Positions 47,778 through 59,395 of a DNA stretch of 64,000 bases are shown one piece after another (within the stretch, counting starts at the first letter, position 1; each line of letters opens with the position of its first letter). A program made the translations under genes and the position numbers. This DNA is from Carcharhinus amblyrhynchos (Eukaryota), in NCBI GenBank assembly GCA_965287045.1, contig OZ336889.1:42532001-42596000 (forward strand), written 5' to 3'. Below the pieces are notes generated by a model. It had not been told where the DNA came from. It saw only the letters and a program-made list of their open reading frames with translations, and searched no databases.

Positions 47778-49700
47778 ACACATAAGAACATAAGAACAGG
47801 AACATAAGAACATAAGAAATAGGAGCAGGAGTAGGCCATCTGGCCCTTCGAGCCTGCCCTGCCATTCAATAAGATCATGGCTGATCTGTCGTGGCTCAGT
47901 TCCACATTCCCGTCCTCTCCCCATAACATAAGAACATAAGAAATAGGAGCAGGAGTAGGCCATCTAGCCCTTCGAGCCTGCCCCGCCATTCAAGAAGATC
48001 ATGGCTGATCTGTCGTGGCTCAGTTCCACATTCCCGCCCTCTCCCCATAACCCTTACTCCCCTCTCTTATCAAAAACCCATCAACCCGCGTCTTAAAAAT
48101 ATTTAGCGAGGTAGCCTCCACCACTTCAACGGGCAGAGAATTCCAGAGATTCACCACCCTTTGAGTGAAGAAATTCTTCCTCAACTCCGTTCTAAACTGC
48201 TCCCCCTTTATCTTGAGGCTGTGCCCCCTAGTCCTACTGTCCTTTCTGAGCAGGAAGAGTCTCTCCACCTCTATCCTATCCATCCCATTCATCATCTTAT
48301 ACGTCTCAATGAGATCTCCCCTCATTCTTCTAAACTCTAACGAATACAAGCCTAGTTTATTCAGCCTCTCCTCATAGCTCAACTCCCTCAACTCCGGCAT
48401 CAGCCTAGTAAACCTCCTCTGCACTCCCTCCAAGGCCAAAATATCCTTGCGTAAGTACAGTGCCCAAAACTGCACACAGTACTCCAGCTGCGGCCTCACC
48501 AATGCCCTATATAGCCGCAGCAAGACCTCCCTACTTTTATATTCAATCCCCCTCGCTATGAAGGCCAGAATCCCTTTCACCTTCCTGACCACCTGCAAGC
48601 TGGGTTTTTGCGACTCATGCACAAGGACCCCGAGGTCCCTCTGCACCGTCGCCTGCTGCAGTTTTTCTCCACGTAAGTAATAATCCATTATTCCTACCAA
48701 AGTGGACCACGTCGCACTTGCCAACATTAAATTCCATTTGCCAGTTCCTGGCCCATTCGCCCAGCCTATCTAGATCCTTCTGTAGACTCTCCACACCCTC
48801 CGCGCAATTTGCCGTTCCACCAATCTTGGTGTCATCAGCAAATTTCGACACCATACACTCGGTTCCCTCTTCCAGATCATCTATATAAATGGTAAATAGC
48901 TGAGGTCCGAGCACCGACCCCTGGGGCACTCCACTAGTCACCAACCGCCAATCCGAATAGCACCCATTGACCCCCACTCTCTGCCTCCTATTTGACAACC
49001 AGTCCTCTATCCACGCTAACACCCTACCCCCAACTCCATGCCCCCTGACCTTCTGCAATAACCTCTTGTGAGGTACCTTGTCAAACGCCTTCTGAAAATC
49101 AAGAAAGACCACATCCACCGGCTCTCCTCTATCCACCGCCCTAGACACATCCTCATAGAACTCCAGTAAATTTGTCAGACACGACTTCCCCTTGACGAAA
49201 CCATGCTGCATCTGCTCTATCAAGCAATTCCCCTCAAGATGCCTCGCTATTTCCTCCTTGATGACGGATTCTAACATTTTACCTACAACAGACGTTAAAC
49301 TAACCGGCCTATAATTCCCCGCCTTTTGCCTGGCACCCTTCTTAAACAACGGCATAACATTAGCCGCTTTCCAATCTTCTGGCACTTCCCCGGAATCCAG
49401 CGACGTCTGGAAAATAACCACCAAGGCATCCACTATCACCTCCGCCATTTCTTTCAGAACCCTCGGATGCATTCCATCCAGTCCTGGGGACTTGTCCACA
49501 ATCAGCCCCTCCAGTCTGTCGAGCACCGCCTCTCTAGTAACAGTAATGTCATTGAGACCCTCCAGTCCTACCACCTTTCCATCTCTAACACCCGGCAAAT
49601 TATTCACATCCTCCTCCGTGAAGACCGAAACAAAAAAGTTATTCAAGACCTCAGCCATTTCCCCATCCCCTACCACTAAGTCCCCCTTCTCATCCTCTAA
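47778..49700 (-). mobile_element. Young 5'-truncated CR1 LINE (RT domain nearly intact)
   Basis: 353-aa and 235-aa overlapping ORFs (one frameshift near 48690) with [30 protein letters not shown] and FADDTK; CpGs retained; (TTCTTATG)n tail. Confidence 0.95.
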
Positions 49701-50084
49701 ACGATGTATATATCCTGGATATAGCCCAAGCTATGAACTAACTCCATGTTTTCTTCTACACAGGTCTCTGTCCAGTACATATGACTCTAATCTCAGGTCA
49801 TGTGTTTTTTACATCACACAGGGTATTTTTATTTCCCAGTTCCATTTTAACCCTTGCTATGCCAGATAACCTAATACTACAAGAAATGTGCAGGAATAGT
49901 CTTCATTTGCCTTTAGACCATAAAAAATGGGACCAGAAGTAAATTGTTCACCCCCTTGAGACTTCTCTGCTGTTCAGTAGGATCATGGCTGATCTAACAT
50001 TCCTTACATCCACTTTCTTTCCCTTTCCCCATAACCCTTGATTCTCTTATTGATCAAAAATCTAAACAGCTTTAAATGTATACA

Positions 50085-50565
50085 AGGACTGGATGAATGC
50101 AGCTCCATCAACACTCAAGAAGCTCGACACCATTCGGAACAAAGCAGCCTGCTTGACTAGCATCCAAACCATCACCTTAAGCATTCACCACCCCCCCCAC
50201 CACCAGTGCACAGTGCCAGTAGAATGTACTATCCCCAAGAAGCACTGCAACAATCCACCAAGTGTATTTCAACAGCACCTTCTAAACCCACCACCTCCTC
50301 CAATTAGAAAATTAAGGTCACAAGATGCATGGAAACACCAGGAAGTTCCCCTCCAAGTCACACACCATTCTGTCTTGCAACTATTATTGCCATTCCATCA
50401 CTGTTTGCTGGGTCAAAACCCCTTCCTACCAGCACTGTAGCTATATGTCACATGGACTATAGCAGTTAAAAGGTATCTCACTCCATCTTCAAGGGCAATT
50501 AAGATTGGACAACAAATATCGGCCTTGCCAGTGAAGCTCACATTTCATGAGTGAATAAATAATAA
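50085..50565 (+). mobile_element. LINE 3' end of another CR1/L2-group family
   Basis: MNAAPSTLKKLDTIRNKAACL and tail ...gccagtgaagctcacatttcatgagtgaataaa; related tails at 1975, 29660, 52020 and reversed at 17620, 35150. Confidence 0.6.
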
Positions 50566-51684
50566 AACATAAACAGCTTTTGTCTCTTTACAGCTGAATT
50601 CAAGCTAGCAGCACAAATGCAGAACAAGTTTTCTATAAATTGAGGAGGTGAAGATCCGTGGTTCCAAAAGAAATATGAACTGGGAGTGGAATGCGTCCTG
50701 CCTATTGGTTAGTTGTGTTATCCAAACCTATGGATATGAAGGTAAGGGATCTGATCCCACCTTTTTTAGTACCAAGTTGACACTCCTCAGAGCATACAGT
50801 CAGCACATCCTCAAATATCAAAGTGAGACCTTAGCAATCACTCAGCATCGCCCCTTTCTTGAGGCATCCACGGTTACAATGTGCATCCTCTCTTATCCAC
50901 CTTCCACACAATTTAGAATGAGAGGCAGTGAGGTGCCTGCACTGGGTGTAATTGATGATCAACCATTTGGGAGCCAAGGCAATGTCACCAAGTTATTCAA
51001 CTTGGCAAGCATCACAGAAGAACTCATTCCTGTCCACATCCTGCATCCACAGATACACTTATCAGCAGGGAATCACTGGATAGCAATCAGGGACAGGAAA
51101 TTAAATCAATAAAACAGGAAAAACGAAGGAAAAGATGGCTGGGCAGAGCTGAATTCAATCAGTAAAATATTTCCTTCCTGTCAACTTCCATTATGAACAG
51201 ATTGATCATTTTGCAGGACAGATAATTGCATACTTCATGCACTCACTGATTTCCCCCAGGTTCTCATTAAGTACAGCACTAAATTCAGGGGTAGGAAGTA
51301 ATGATTGTGTGATAACACAGACCGCACATGCTCCCAAATCAATCTGCACTCAATTTCAGCAGGTCACTTTGGTCAGCTCCTTCCTATACTTAAACAAATG
51401 TGGTAGAGGAATCTGATTTTTCACTGTTAGCAGAAGCCTCCTTGGTTAGGAGCATAGTTGGAAAGTCAGTGCACACCACAGAAGGTTTCCTGACTATATT
51501 AATGGCTGGAACATTGCACACAGTGAATCTTACACATTCAACTGGGGGGTTACCACTGACCAGAAAATGAACTGGATCAGCCAAATAAATATTGTGGCTA
51601 CAAGAGCAGGTCAGAGGCTGGGAATCCTGTGGTAAGTAACTCACCTCCTGACTTCCCAAAGCCTGTCCACCATCTACAAGACTG

Positions 51685-51960
51685 TCTGTGAGGAGTTTGC
51701 ATGTTCTTCCCATGTCTGAATGGGTTTCCTCTGGGTGCTCTGGTTTCCTCCCACAGTCAAAAGTTATCCAGGTTAGGTGGATTGGCCATGCTAAATTGCT
51801 GCTGAGTGTCCAAAGATGTGTAGATTAGGTGGATTATCCGTGGTAAATGGGTAAGGTTCTGAAAATAGGGCAGGGGTTGGGTATAGGTAAACTGCTCTTT
51901 TAGAGAATCTGTGCAGAGTTGATGGGCTGAATGGCTTCTTCCAGCACTGGGATTCATGAA
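51685..51960 (+). mobile_element. Partial HE1-like V-SINE nested in a LINE fragment
   Basis: V-domain and CR1-like tail; interrupts LINE sequence at 51540-51685 / 51960-52080. Confidence 0.75.
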
Positions 51961-52583
51961 TACAAGGTATGGCTTCAGGTGTGTGATGGAATTACTCTTA
52001 CATGTCTAGATGAGTGCAGTTCCTGATGCGATAAATGCTGGCCTAGCCATTAATGCCCACAACCCATGAATGAATAAAAACCCCAATGATTTGACTTCTG
52101 TTAGGGAAGGGATCTAGAGAGTCTTTCCATGGGCAAGTTGGAAAAATTATTCCAAATATCAAGACAAATTTTCAGACCTGAAATCTTTAAGCCCAAACTT
52201 ACAATTCATCTGAATTGCTATGTAAATGTTGAGATCGTCATTTTACAGGGTGGGATCCATACATATTACTTAGTTTATACTTAGTAAGCATAACTACTTA
52301 TGCTTACTTCATAACTACTGCACAGAGTAAGTAACTAAGACATTTATGTCTTCATAAATATCCACTCAGGAGTGACAATGTAGGTCTGTGGAAATCAAAT
52401 GCATTTCAGTAGAATTGAAGTCTCAGGAAATCATGAGACTTGAGTCTCAGGAAATCTGTGCTCAGGTCAAACTGCATCTTGAATAGAAGCAAATTATCAT
52501 GGATGCTGGAAATCTGAAATAAAAACAAAGGCAGAATTTTATGCTCCCCCAACCAGCCATATCCCACACCCCCTTGGGTGTCT

Positions 52584-52858
52584 GAGAGGGGGAGGGGGAG
52601 GGGGAGGAGGGGGAAGAGGAGGGAGGGGGAGGGGATATTGTATGGATGGTATTTCCTCTGGGATCCTGCCCAATCCGGCTTCGTGATTTTACGCTGGGGT
52701 GGGCAGGACTTCAGAGACACTTGCACCAGAGTGGAGAACCCTTCCCTGAAGGTTTGTTGATCTCTGTACCCATCCAAGACCCCCTTCCCGCTCCCCTTCC
52801 CTTCCCTCCCCTTCCCCCCTCTCCCCTCCCTCCCCTTCCCCCCTCTCCCCTCCCCTCC
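52584..52858. repeat. Low-complexity G/A tract (52584-52634) and C/T tract (52781-52858)
   Basis: Multiple GGGG(G) runs on plus, then multiple CCCC runs. Confidence 0.8.
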
Positions 52859-53049
52859 AAGCCCTGAGACCTTGCAACTTACCTGTCCACTGGTTCCCAG
52901 GACTTAGTACTAAGAAGCTTCATGCAGTACCTCTTCCAGCCACTACAATGCTGTGTCTGGGGAGATTGGAGTGCTGCTGGTCAATGTGATTGCCTTCATC
53001 CTGAGTGAGGGATGGATGACCCACCTTATGCCATTCAACACACATGCGT

Positions 53050-53155
53050 GTGTCTGATGAAGAACCGCAAGACTTGAAACGTTAATATTGTTTCTCTCTC
53101 CACAGATGTTGCCAGACTAGCTGAGTTCTTGCAACATTTTCTGCTTTTTTTTAAT
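53050..53155 (+). mobile_element. Short Penelope-type terminal repeat with hammerhead-like core
   Basis: TCTGATGAAG...GAAACGTT followed by tccacagatgttgccagactagctgagtt; degenerate reversed copy at 29310-29398. Confidence 0.55.
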
Positions 53156-53339
53156 TGCACAATGAATCATGTTTTCAGTCTGGTCACCAAGACACATGAA
53201 AGATGTTCACAAACTGGAGGCAACATACAAAGAAGAACCTCGAGACTGATCGATAGTCTTATTTGAATTGTGAAGGACTGGAGCAATTGGAGTTTTTAGA
53301 CTTTCGAGGCAGTTTGAGAACTACATAATCTTGTAGAAA

Positions 53340-54095
53340 GAAAGGAAAAAGTTACGTTTATACAGCAGCTTTCCTGACCTCAGGAAGTCCCAAACCACAC
53401 AACAGCCAATGAAATGCATTTTAAGTGCAGTCACTGCTGTCAAGTAGGAAATGCAACAGCCAATTTGAAGAAAGCAAGTCCACAAACCGCAATGTAGAGA
53501 TGACCATAATGATCATCTGTTTTATTTAGCGATGGTGGTTAAGAGATAACCGTTGGCCAGGACACTGCAGAGATCTTCCCTGTTTTTCTTTGAAATAATG
53601 CTTTGTAATCTTTTACGTTCACCTAGAAGGGAATTGTCCAAGAGAGAGCAGTTCTGACAGTGCAGCACTCCCTCAGTGCCTAGATTCATGCAAAAGTAAA
53701 TACGGTTGTGATGGGAATGGAAGAGAAAAACCTGGAAAAGTCATTTAAATTGTGCAAGTATGATGAAAGGAAGAATATCAAATATGTTAAAGATAAATTT
53801 AGGACTATTATCTTTCTAGGTAGCCAATACATGGAATAGCCTCCCAGATAGAAAAGTAAAATATTCCAAGACACCATTTTAAAACAGAGCAAAGATGTTC
53901 TTCCTGGTGTGATGACCAATATTTACCCTTCAACTACATCATTAAATAACAGGTTATCTTGTCAATATCTCATTGCTGTTTGTGGGAGCTTGCTGTGAGT
54001 TGATTGCTGTATTTCCTGAATTCAACAGTCAAAATGTACTTCATTGGTTGTAAAGTGCTGAAGATATCCTGAGGTTGCGGAGGATCAATTTAATC
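53340..54095. mobile_element. Two Deu-domain SINEs in opposite orientation (53340-53680 minus; 53885-54095 plus)
   Basis: Deu tail cattgctgtttgtgggagcttgctgtg...cattggttgtaaagtgc on plus and its reverse complement upstream. Confidence 0.65.
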
Positions 54096-54209
54096 TTTCC
54101 TTCTTCCCTTAAGACAAAAACCTTAGAACTAGTTGGATGCTGCAATGGGTGAATTGTAAAGTCATTGTGGATGGATGACGGGAGGGGGTTGAATGGCCTT
54201 CAATACTGG

Positions 54210-54545
54210 TACATAGAATCCTTACAGTGCAGGAGGTCATCATTCAGCCCATTGAGTCTGCACCAACTCTCTGGTAGAGCATCTTACCCACGACCTCCCT
54301 TCGCTCTATTCCCACAGTCACTCATACTTACCCCACTATCCCCCAAATACAAGGTGGTAGTTTATTTAACGTGGCCAAGCCACCTGACCTGCACATTTGG
54401 GCTATGGAAGGAAACCAGAGTACCTGGAGGAAATCCATGCAGACACAGGAAGAATATGCAAACTCCACACAAAGAACCACTCAAGGCTGAAATTGAACCT
54501 GAGTTCCTGGTGCTATGAGGTAGCAGTGCTAACCATATGCCACTC
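54210..54545 (-). mobile_element. HE1-like V-SINE
   Basis: Reverse-complement head, V-domain and tail. Confidence 0.8.
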
Positions 54546-55194
54546 TTATCTTTGCTAAAATAGCCAGGCTCACCCTGGGGTGACCATTCGGCCATTATAC
54601 CATCAGCTGCAAGTCCCTCTTCCCCCCACCCCCCATTTCCTACATCTTGCAGGCCTATCAGGTGAATGCAGCACGTTGCCAAACATCTTAAGTTATCTTT
54701 TGCCCTTGTTCAATCAAACATCAAACACGTGAAGCTTTCTGTTCCATTTTTCACGTCCTGAAAGCTTGCAGAAAGTGAATGCTAATTGAACACCAAAGTG
54801 GAAGAGCATCTTTTACTCATTATCCCTGCTCACATACAGTACTCTGTGAAATGTGAAGTATGGCAGCACAAATATGAGAGAACCCTCTGAAGTGAAAGAA
54901 GCAGAACCAAGTACTAAGTGGGACTGAGAATATCGATGGACAATAGCATATCTCAAAAATCTCAATAATAACTAGGTTCATCAATCAGCACATAAGAGCT
55001 ACCCTGAAAACTGCGAGCAAAAGGCACTGAGAAACTAAAGCACACTAAATAGAGGGTTCCAGAATCAATTCCTGTGCTGTGCTGAGTTTACATATTTAAA
55101 CTGCATTGGCTGTTTGATGATTACAATGTTTCTGAGGTAAGGAACATTAAATCCCAATGTAGGCCAATGTTCAATAATTCATGTTGGAAGGGAG

Positions 55195-55508
55195 AATCTT
55201 AGAATCTACAGTGCAGAAGGAGGTAATTCGGCCCATCAAGTCTGCACTGACCACAATGCCTCCCAGTCCCCATTCCCTCATATTTACCCTGCTAATCCCC
55301 TGACACTAGGGTTAATTTAGTATGGCCAATCAACCTAACTTGCATATCTTGGACTGTGGGAAAAAAATGGAGCACCCAGAGGAAACTCACACAGACACAG
55401 GGAGAACATGCAAATTCCACACAGACAGTGACCCAAGGCTGGAATTGAACCCGGGTCCCTGGCGCTGTGAGGCAGCAGTGCTAACCACTCTGTCCCCATG
55501 CTGCCCCT
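55195..55508 (-). mobile_element. HE1-like V-SINE
   Basis: Reverse-complement head (ttgaacccgggtccctggcgctgtgaggcagcagtgctaaccac), V-domain and tail. Confidence 0.88.
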
Positions 55509-58186
55509 AGGGCAGGGAGGACAGATTCATATACATTTCCTATCCAACACAGTAAACTAGCCTATTGATATTCATAATCTAGACTCAGTGCTGCTTACTA
55601 TTGGAGACATTCCTGGTACCAGTCTAAATCTTTTCTGTACCCCAAAGCCCTGACATCCTTCTTAGAGGGTGCTGCTCGGAATTGAACACAACATTTTAGC
55701 CAAGGTCTAATCAATGATTTATGAAGAGCTTAACTTCCCTGCTTTAAATATGCAATGCCTCTGTTTATAACACCAAAGATCCTATTTACTTTTTTAAACA
55801 GGTTGGTCAAGTTAACCTGCCACATAAACACATATAAACTTTCAGGATTTTATGCTGCTACCACCAGCCCCTTCCCCACACACCTTAAAATTGTGACATT
55901 TAAATTAGTATTACTCCTCCTCATTTTTCTCAATAATATATGTCACTTCACACATTTACCATGTGTCTGCCCATTTCACCAGCCTGACTATCATTCTGAA
56001 GCCTGCTATTACCCTTATCATTCTTTACCACATTTCCAAGTTTTGCATCATCTGCAAGTTTTGAAATTATGCTCCAGAAAACTAAATTCAGATTAATGAT
56101 ATGCATCCAAAAGAGCAATAGTCCTAAAAAATGTTTTCATACTGAAGATTATATGACTGTGGTTGAAGGGAAATGAAAATAAAGGGACATGAAAACAGAG
56201 CAAACAAGTGAGATTAGGACACTGCTGTGTGGTGGATGAACACACACATGTTGAGTTGACCCAAAAGGATTGTTTCTGTGTTATAATTCTATCGAACAAA
56301 TAAAATTGATAAATACTCAAAAAGAAAAAAAAATGCAGAGTGGGGACCAGTTTCCATGGCTTGTTCAAACATTTAGCACAGAATGATGGGCTGATTGGCC
56401 TCCTGTATAGTAGGAACTGGGATGGGCTTTGGGGGAAAATCAATATGCAATTAAATTAATGAACTAACTTAGTTGGTTTCTGGATATGGATACTGAACAA
56501 AATAATCCAAACCGCAATGTAATGTAAAGAAAACAATGCAGCTAATTTCCTCATGCTTACTATTGAAGATAATTTTTTTCCTTTAGTCTTAATTTTCTTT
56601 AGTTTACTTTTGTCTGCATCAACTTGAGCAACACAAATGCTGGAGATTAAAGCAGTAACAAGCACTCAGAAATCTGGCATAGCAAGGACAGCATCTGGAT
56701 GATGCTGGGGGAGATTTCATCCTTCTGTTAGTTTTAGTAAAATTCTTAGATGACACAAAATTCTGGTTATGTTGAAGTTGTCAACCATTCTCAACAGCAG
56801 AATAGCAAATCCCATAGAATGATCCTCATGATAAACCACAATTCGGCACCAGTACCTCTGGATTAGCAAATTTAACGAAGTTTGTTGTATGACCAAGCCA
56901 ATGAGGGCAGAATTAGACCATAAAAGAGCACAAAATCATAGAATGCTGGACAAGCCATCATTTGACACAAGAATTCCCTGTGAAAAGATGTGTAAAACCT
57001 GCAAGCATAGCTAACTCGGTGAGGAATTTTAAAGTGTTGCCGATGGGAGAAAAAGTGAACTTTTATACAGCAAGTGAAAAAACTGGTATGATGCGGAAAT
57101 TAATATTGTGGAGGAATAGGAGATTCACCAGTGAGTTTGTCCATTGTGAAATGCAAAGCCTTCCCTGGGGATATTGGGTTAAAATTAAATTGATTGATCA
57201 CTTTTCAATGACTTCAGATCTTCCATATAAGGTGCTAAACTTTGGCTATATTCCTGGAGATGTCATCACATGACCTCCTATCTTCAACTGATTCTCCCCT
57301 AGACTCTTGCCATTGGTCTCCCAACATGTAAATCATTACAGAACCCCACCTATCCCACCTTCAAGAAACCATTTAAATATTGCTTCAATGTGCTGTAATT
57401 TTACATATTGCATGCTTACCTACTTCAGTGCAAATAATATGCAGTGACACGATAGTAACTATGCTCGAGTAACTCAGGACAGCATTGTCAGCAATCCAGC
57501 CATTATTTACAGTCAAACACATTCTCAGTAGATTGTGTTAGCATGCAGCAGGAGGATTGCATTATGAGCATTTCTCAATTTTCGCTTAATATCATTTTCA
57601 CAAATGTATACATCTGAACTCGGTGATCATGCATCTTGAGAATTAAATTCTTGGATTACAATTTGTACGCTGTTCTGCCTTTACTGGTGATTTGCTTAAT
57701 CAATCAAATAATTCAAAATGTGATAGAAGATTAATTAGGTGATTAAGTTGTTCTGCTATGAACATACGTGTTGCTCTGTTTCTGGAGACCAACCAGACCC
57801 AGTGGGATGGAATCATTCTCACCTGTGAAGTGAGTAACAGCCCCTCACAGCCACACAGATAGTGGAGTGCAATCTCCTGAACTGAATCCAATGGGATTCT
57901 CAAGGAGGGCTGGGAGGTGGGGCAGAGCAGTTATGGAACACCAACAGTAGCTTAGTTGAGTGGCCCATGCTGTGACATCAGTGGGCTAGTCAGCTGAAGA
58001 TGTTTAAAAGGTGTAACCAGCAATGGAGTCAATAAGATAGTGATCATCCTCTTGGACTGAGCTCTCGCTCTTCCTGGCTGCACAACAAGGTTAAACTGCT
58101 GAAGAATCCAGAGTGGAGCTGGCCCTAATTCCCAGGGTGTAGTGCATTGTGAAGATTTTATTTGGTGACAGTAAATTGAAGGGGTT

Positions 58187-58473
58187 GGCATGTAGTGGTT
58201 AGCACTCCTGCCTTACAGCTCTAATGACCTGGGTTCAATTCCCAGCTTGGGTGACTGTCTATGTGGAGTCAGCACATTCTCCCATCTGCATGGGTTTCCC
58301 CAGCTGCACCAGTTTCCTCCCACAATCTGAAAGACGTGCTGGTTAGATGCACTAGCCATGCTAGATTCTCCCTCAGTGTACCTGAACAGGTGCTGGAGTG
58401 TGGTGACTAGGGGATTTCCACAGTAACTTCACTGTAATGTTAATGTAAACCTACTTGCGATACTAATAAGTAA
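58187..58473 (+). mobile_element. V-SINE (10471 subfamily)
   Basis: Head, V-domain and tail shared with the 10471 and 42583 copies. Confidence 0.85.
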
Positions 58474-58883
58474 ACAGTAGATTGAATGAGTGGGATGGGT
58501 TAAAAGAGGGGGGACCTCAGTGCAGCTGAAAACCCATACATTTGAGAACAATTTGAAAAAAACTGTCAGGGTGCTGGAATATTTAATGAGGAATTGGGAA
58601 TGTCCCATCAAACCAAAATGTTTGGTCACCCTAATCCATTAAAAACTGGATTAAGATCATGGACAGAATTTACACACATTGCAGCCTATGTGCAGTCTCG
58701 ATATTGTGACTGAACAGAACTTAACACATTTTTTTATTAAAATATATTCTCGTTGCTATTTCTTAATTTTAAACTGGACATTTTGTGTGGTATGAAGAGC
58801 ATTAGCTATGAGGACAGATTGGAGAAACTTGGTTTGTTCTCTCTGGAATGACGGATGTTGAGGCAGTGACCTGATAGAAGTGT

Positions 58884-59346
58884 TGTTGGTAAAATAATAT
58901 CTCAGATTGTTAGTGAGTCCAAGTACAGTGGTTTTATCACAAAAGCTTTTGGGAGAAGCCAGTTCCTAAAGCGGTCTGCCAGACTTCTCCCTGAATACGA
59001 GTAATTGTGGATACTTATACATTATGGTTCCCAGTCCCAGTCATGACGCAGTCCCTGGCTTCAATCACGATCACGGTTCTTCCGGCTCCAGTCACGATCG
59101 AAGTTCCCGGATCCAGTTATGATCACAGTTCTTCTGGCTGTTTCGGCAGTTTCTTCCCTTGTGTAATTTGTGTCGTCACGGCCGTCTCAGTATTGTTCCT
59201 CCTTTCAACTAGCCATTATCGCGCTTCAACATCTGCAGCTATTTAGCTATGTTTAGCTAGCACACAAGCTTGCACAAACACATAAGGTTTGCAATTCTCT
59301 TGCACAAATTCTAAGTACAAAATTCATTAACCCATTCCTTTCTTCA
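58884..59346 (-). repeat. ERV 3' LTR (463 bp) preceded by polypurine tract
   Basis: Minus strand AAAAGGGGGG-AC then TGAAG...CCAACA; inserted into a CR1 fragment; internal tandem motifs TCACGATCAC/G at 59060-59140. Confidence 0.8.
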
Positions 59347-59395
59347 GTCCCCCCTTTTGGTCGGGGCCAGGTCCAAGCATGACCCCATGACCGAT

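Larger units (their letters stand above)
41308..57820 (+). pseudogene. Decayed multi-exon gene relic, tentatively KIAA0825-like
   Basis: Non-repeat, exon-shaped segments (41308-41422, 41597-41765, about 42900-43200, about 43480-43710, 44073-44385, about 45000-45225, 50594-50741, about 56600-56880, about 57640-57820), several with AG/GT sites, carrying stops and frameshifts. Short peptide resemblances to KIAA0825 are from memory only. Confidence 0.35.

Noticed and set aside
47778-47945. CRISPR-like or regulatory repeat array
   Set aside because: These are CR1 (TTCTTATG)n tail repeats and a duplicated 3' UTR; the context is eukaryotic, with no spacers or cas genes.
48020-49676. Domesticated reverse transcriptase gene
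   Set aside because: It is 5'-truncated, frameshifted and ends in a CR1 tail, so it is an ordinary young LINE copy.
50648-51112. 154-aa plus ORF as a gene
   Set aside because: It runs from an exon-like relic through a GTAAGG donor into reversed LINE sequence, so it is a chance chimeric frame.
28600-58800. PES1 as head-to-head neighbour of TCN2, as in human
   Set aside because: No PES1-like peptide (MGGLEKKKYERG..., LCILKGIYP) was recognised on the plus strand.
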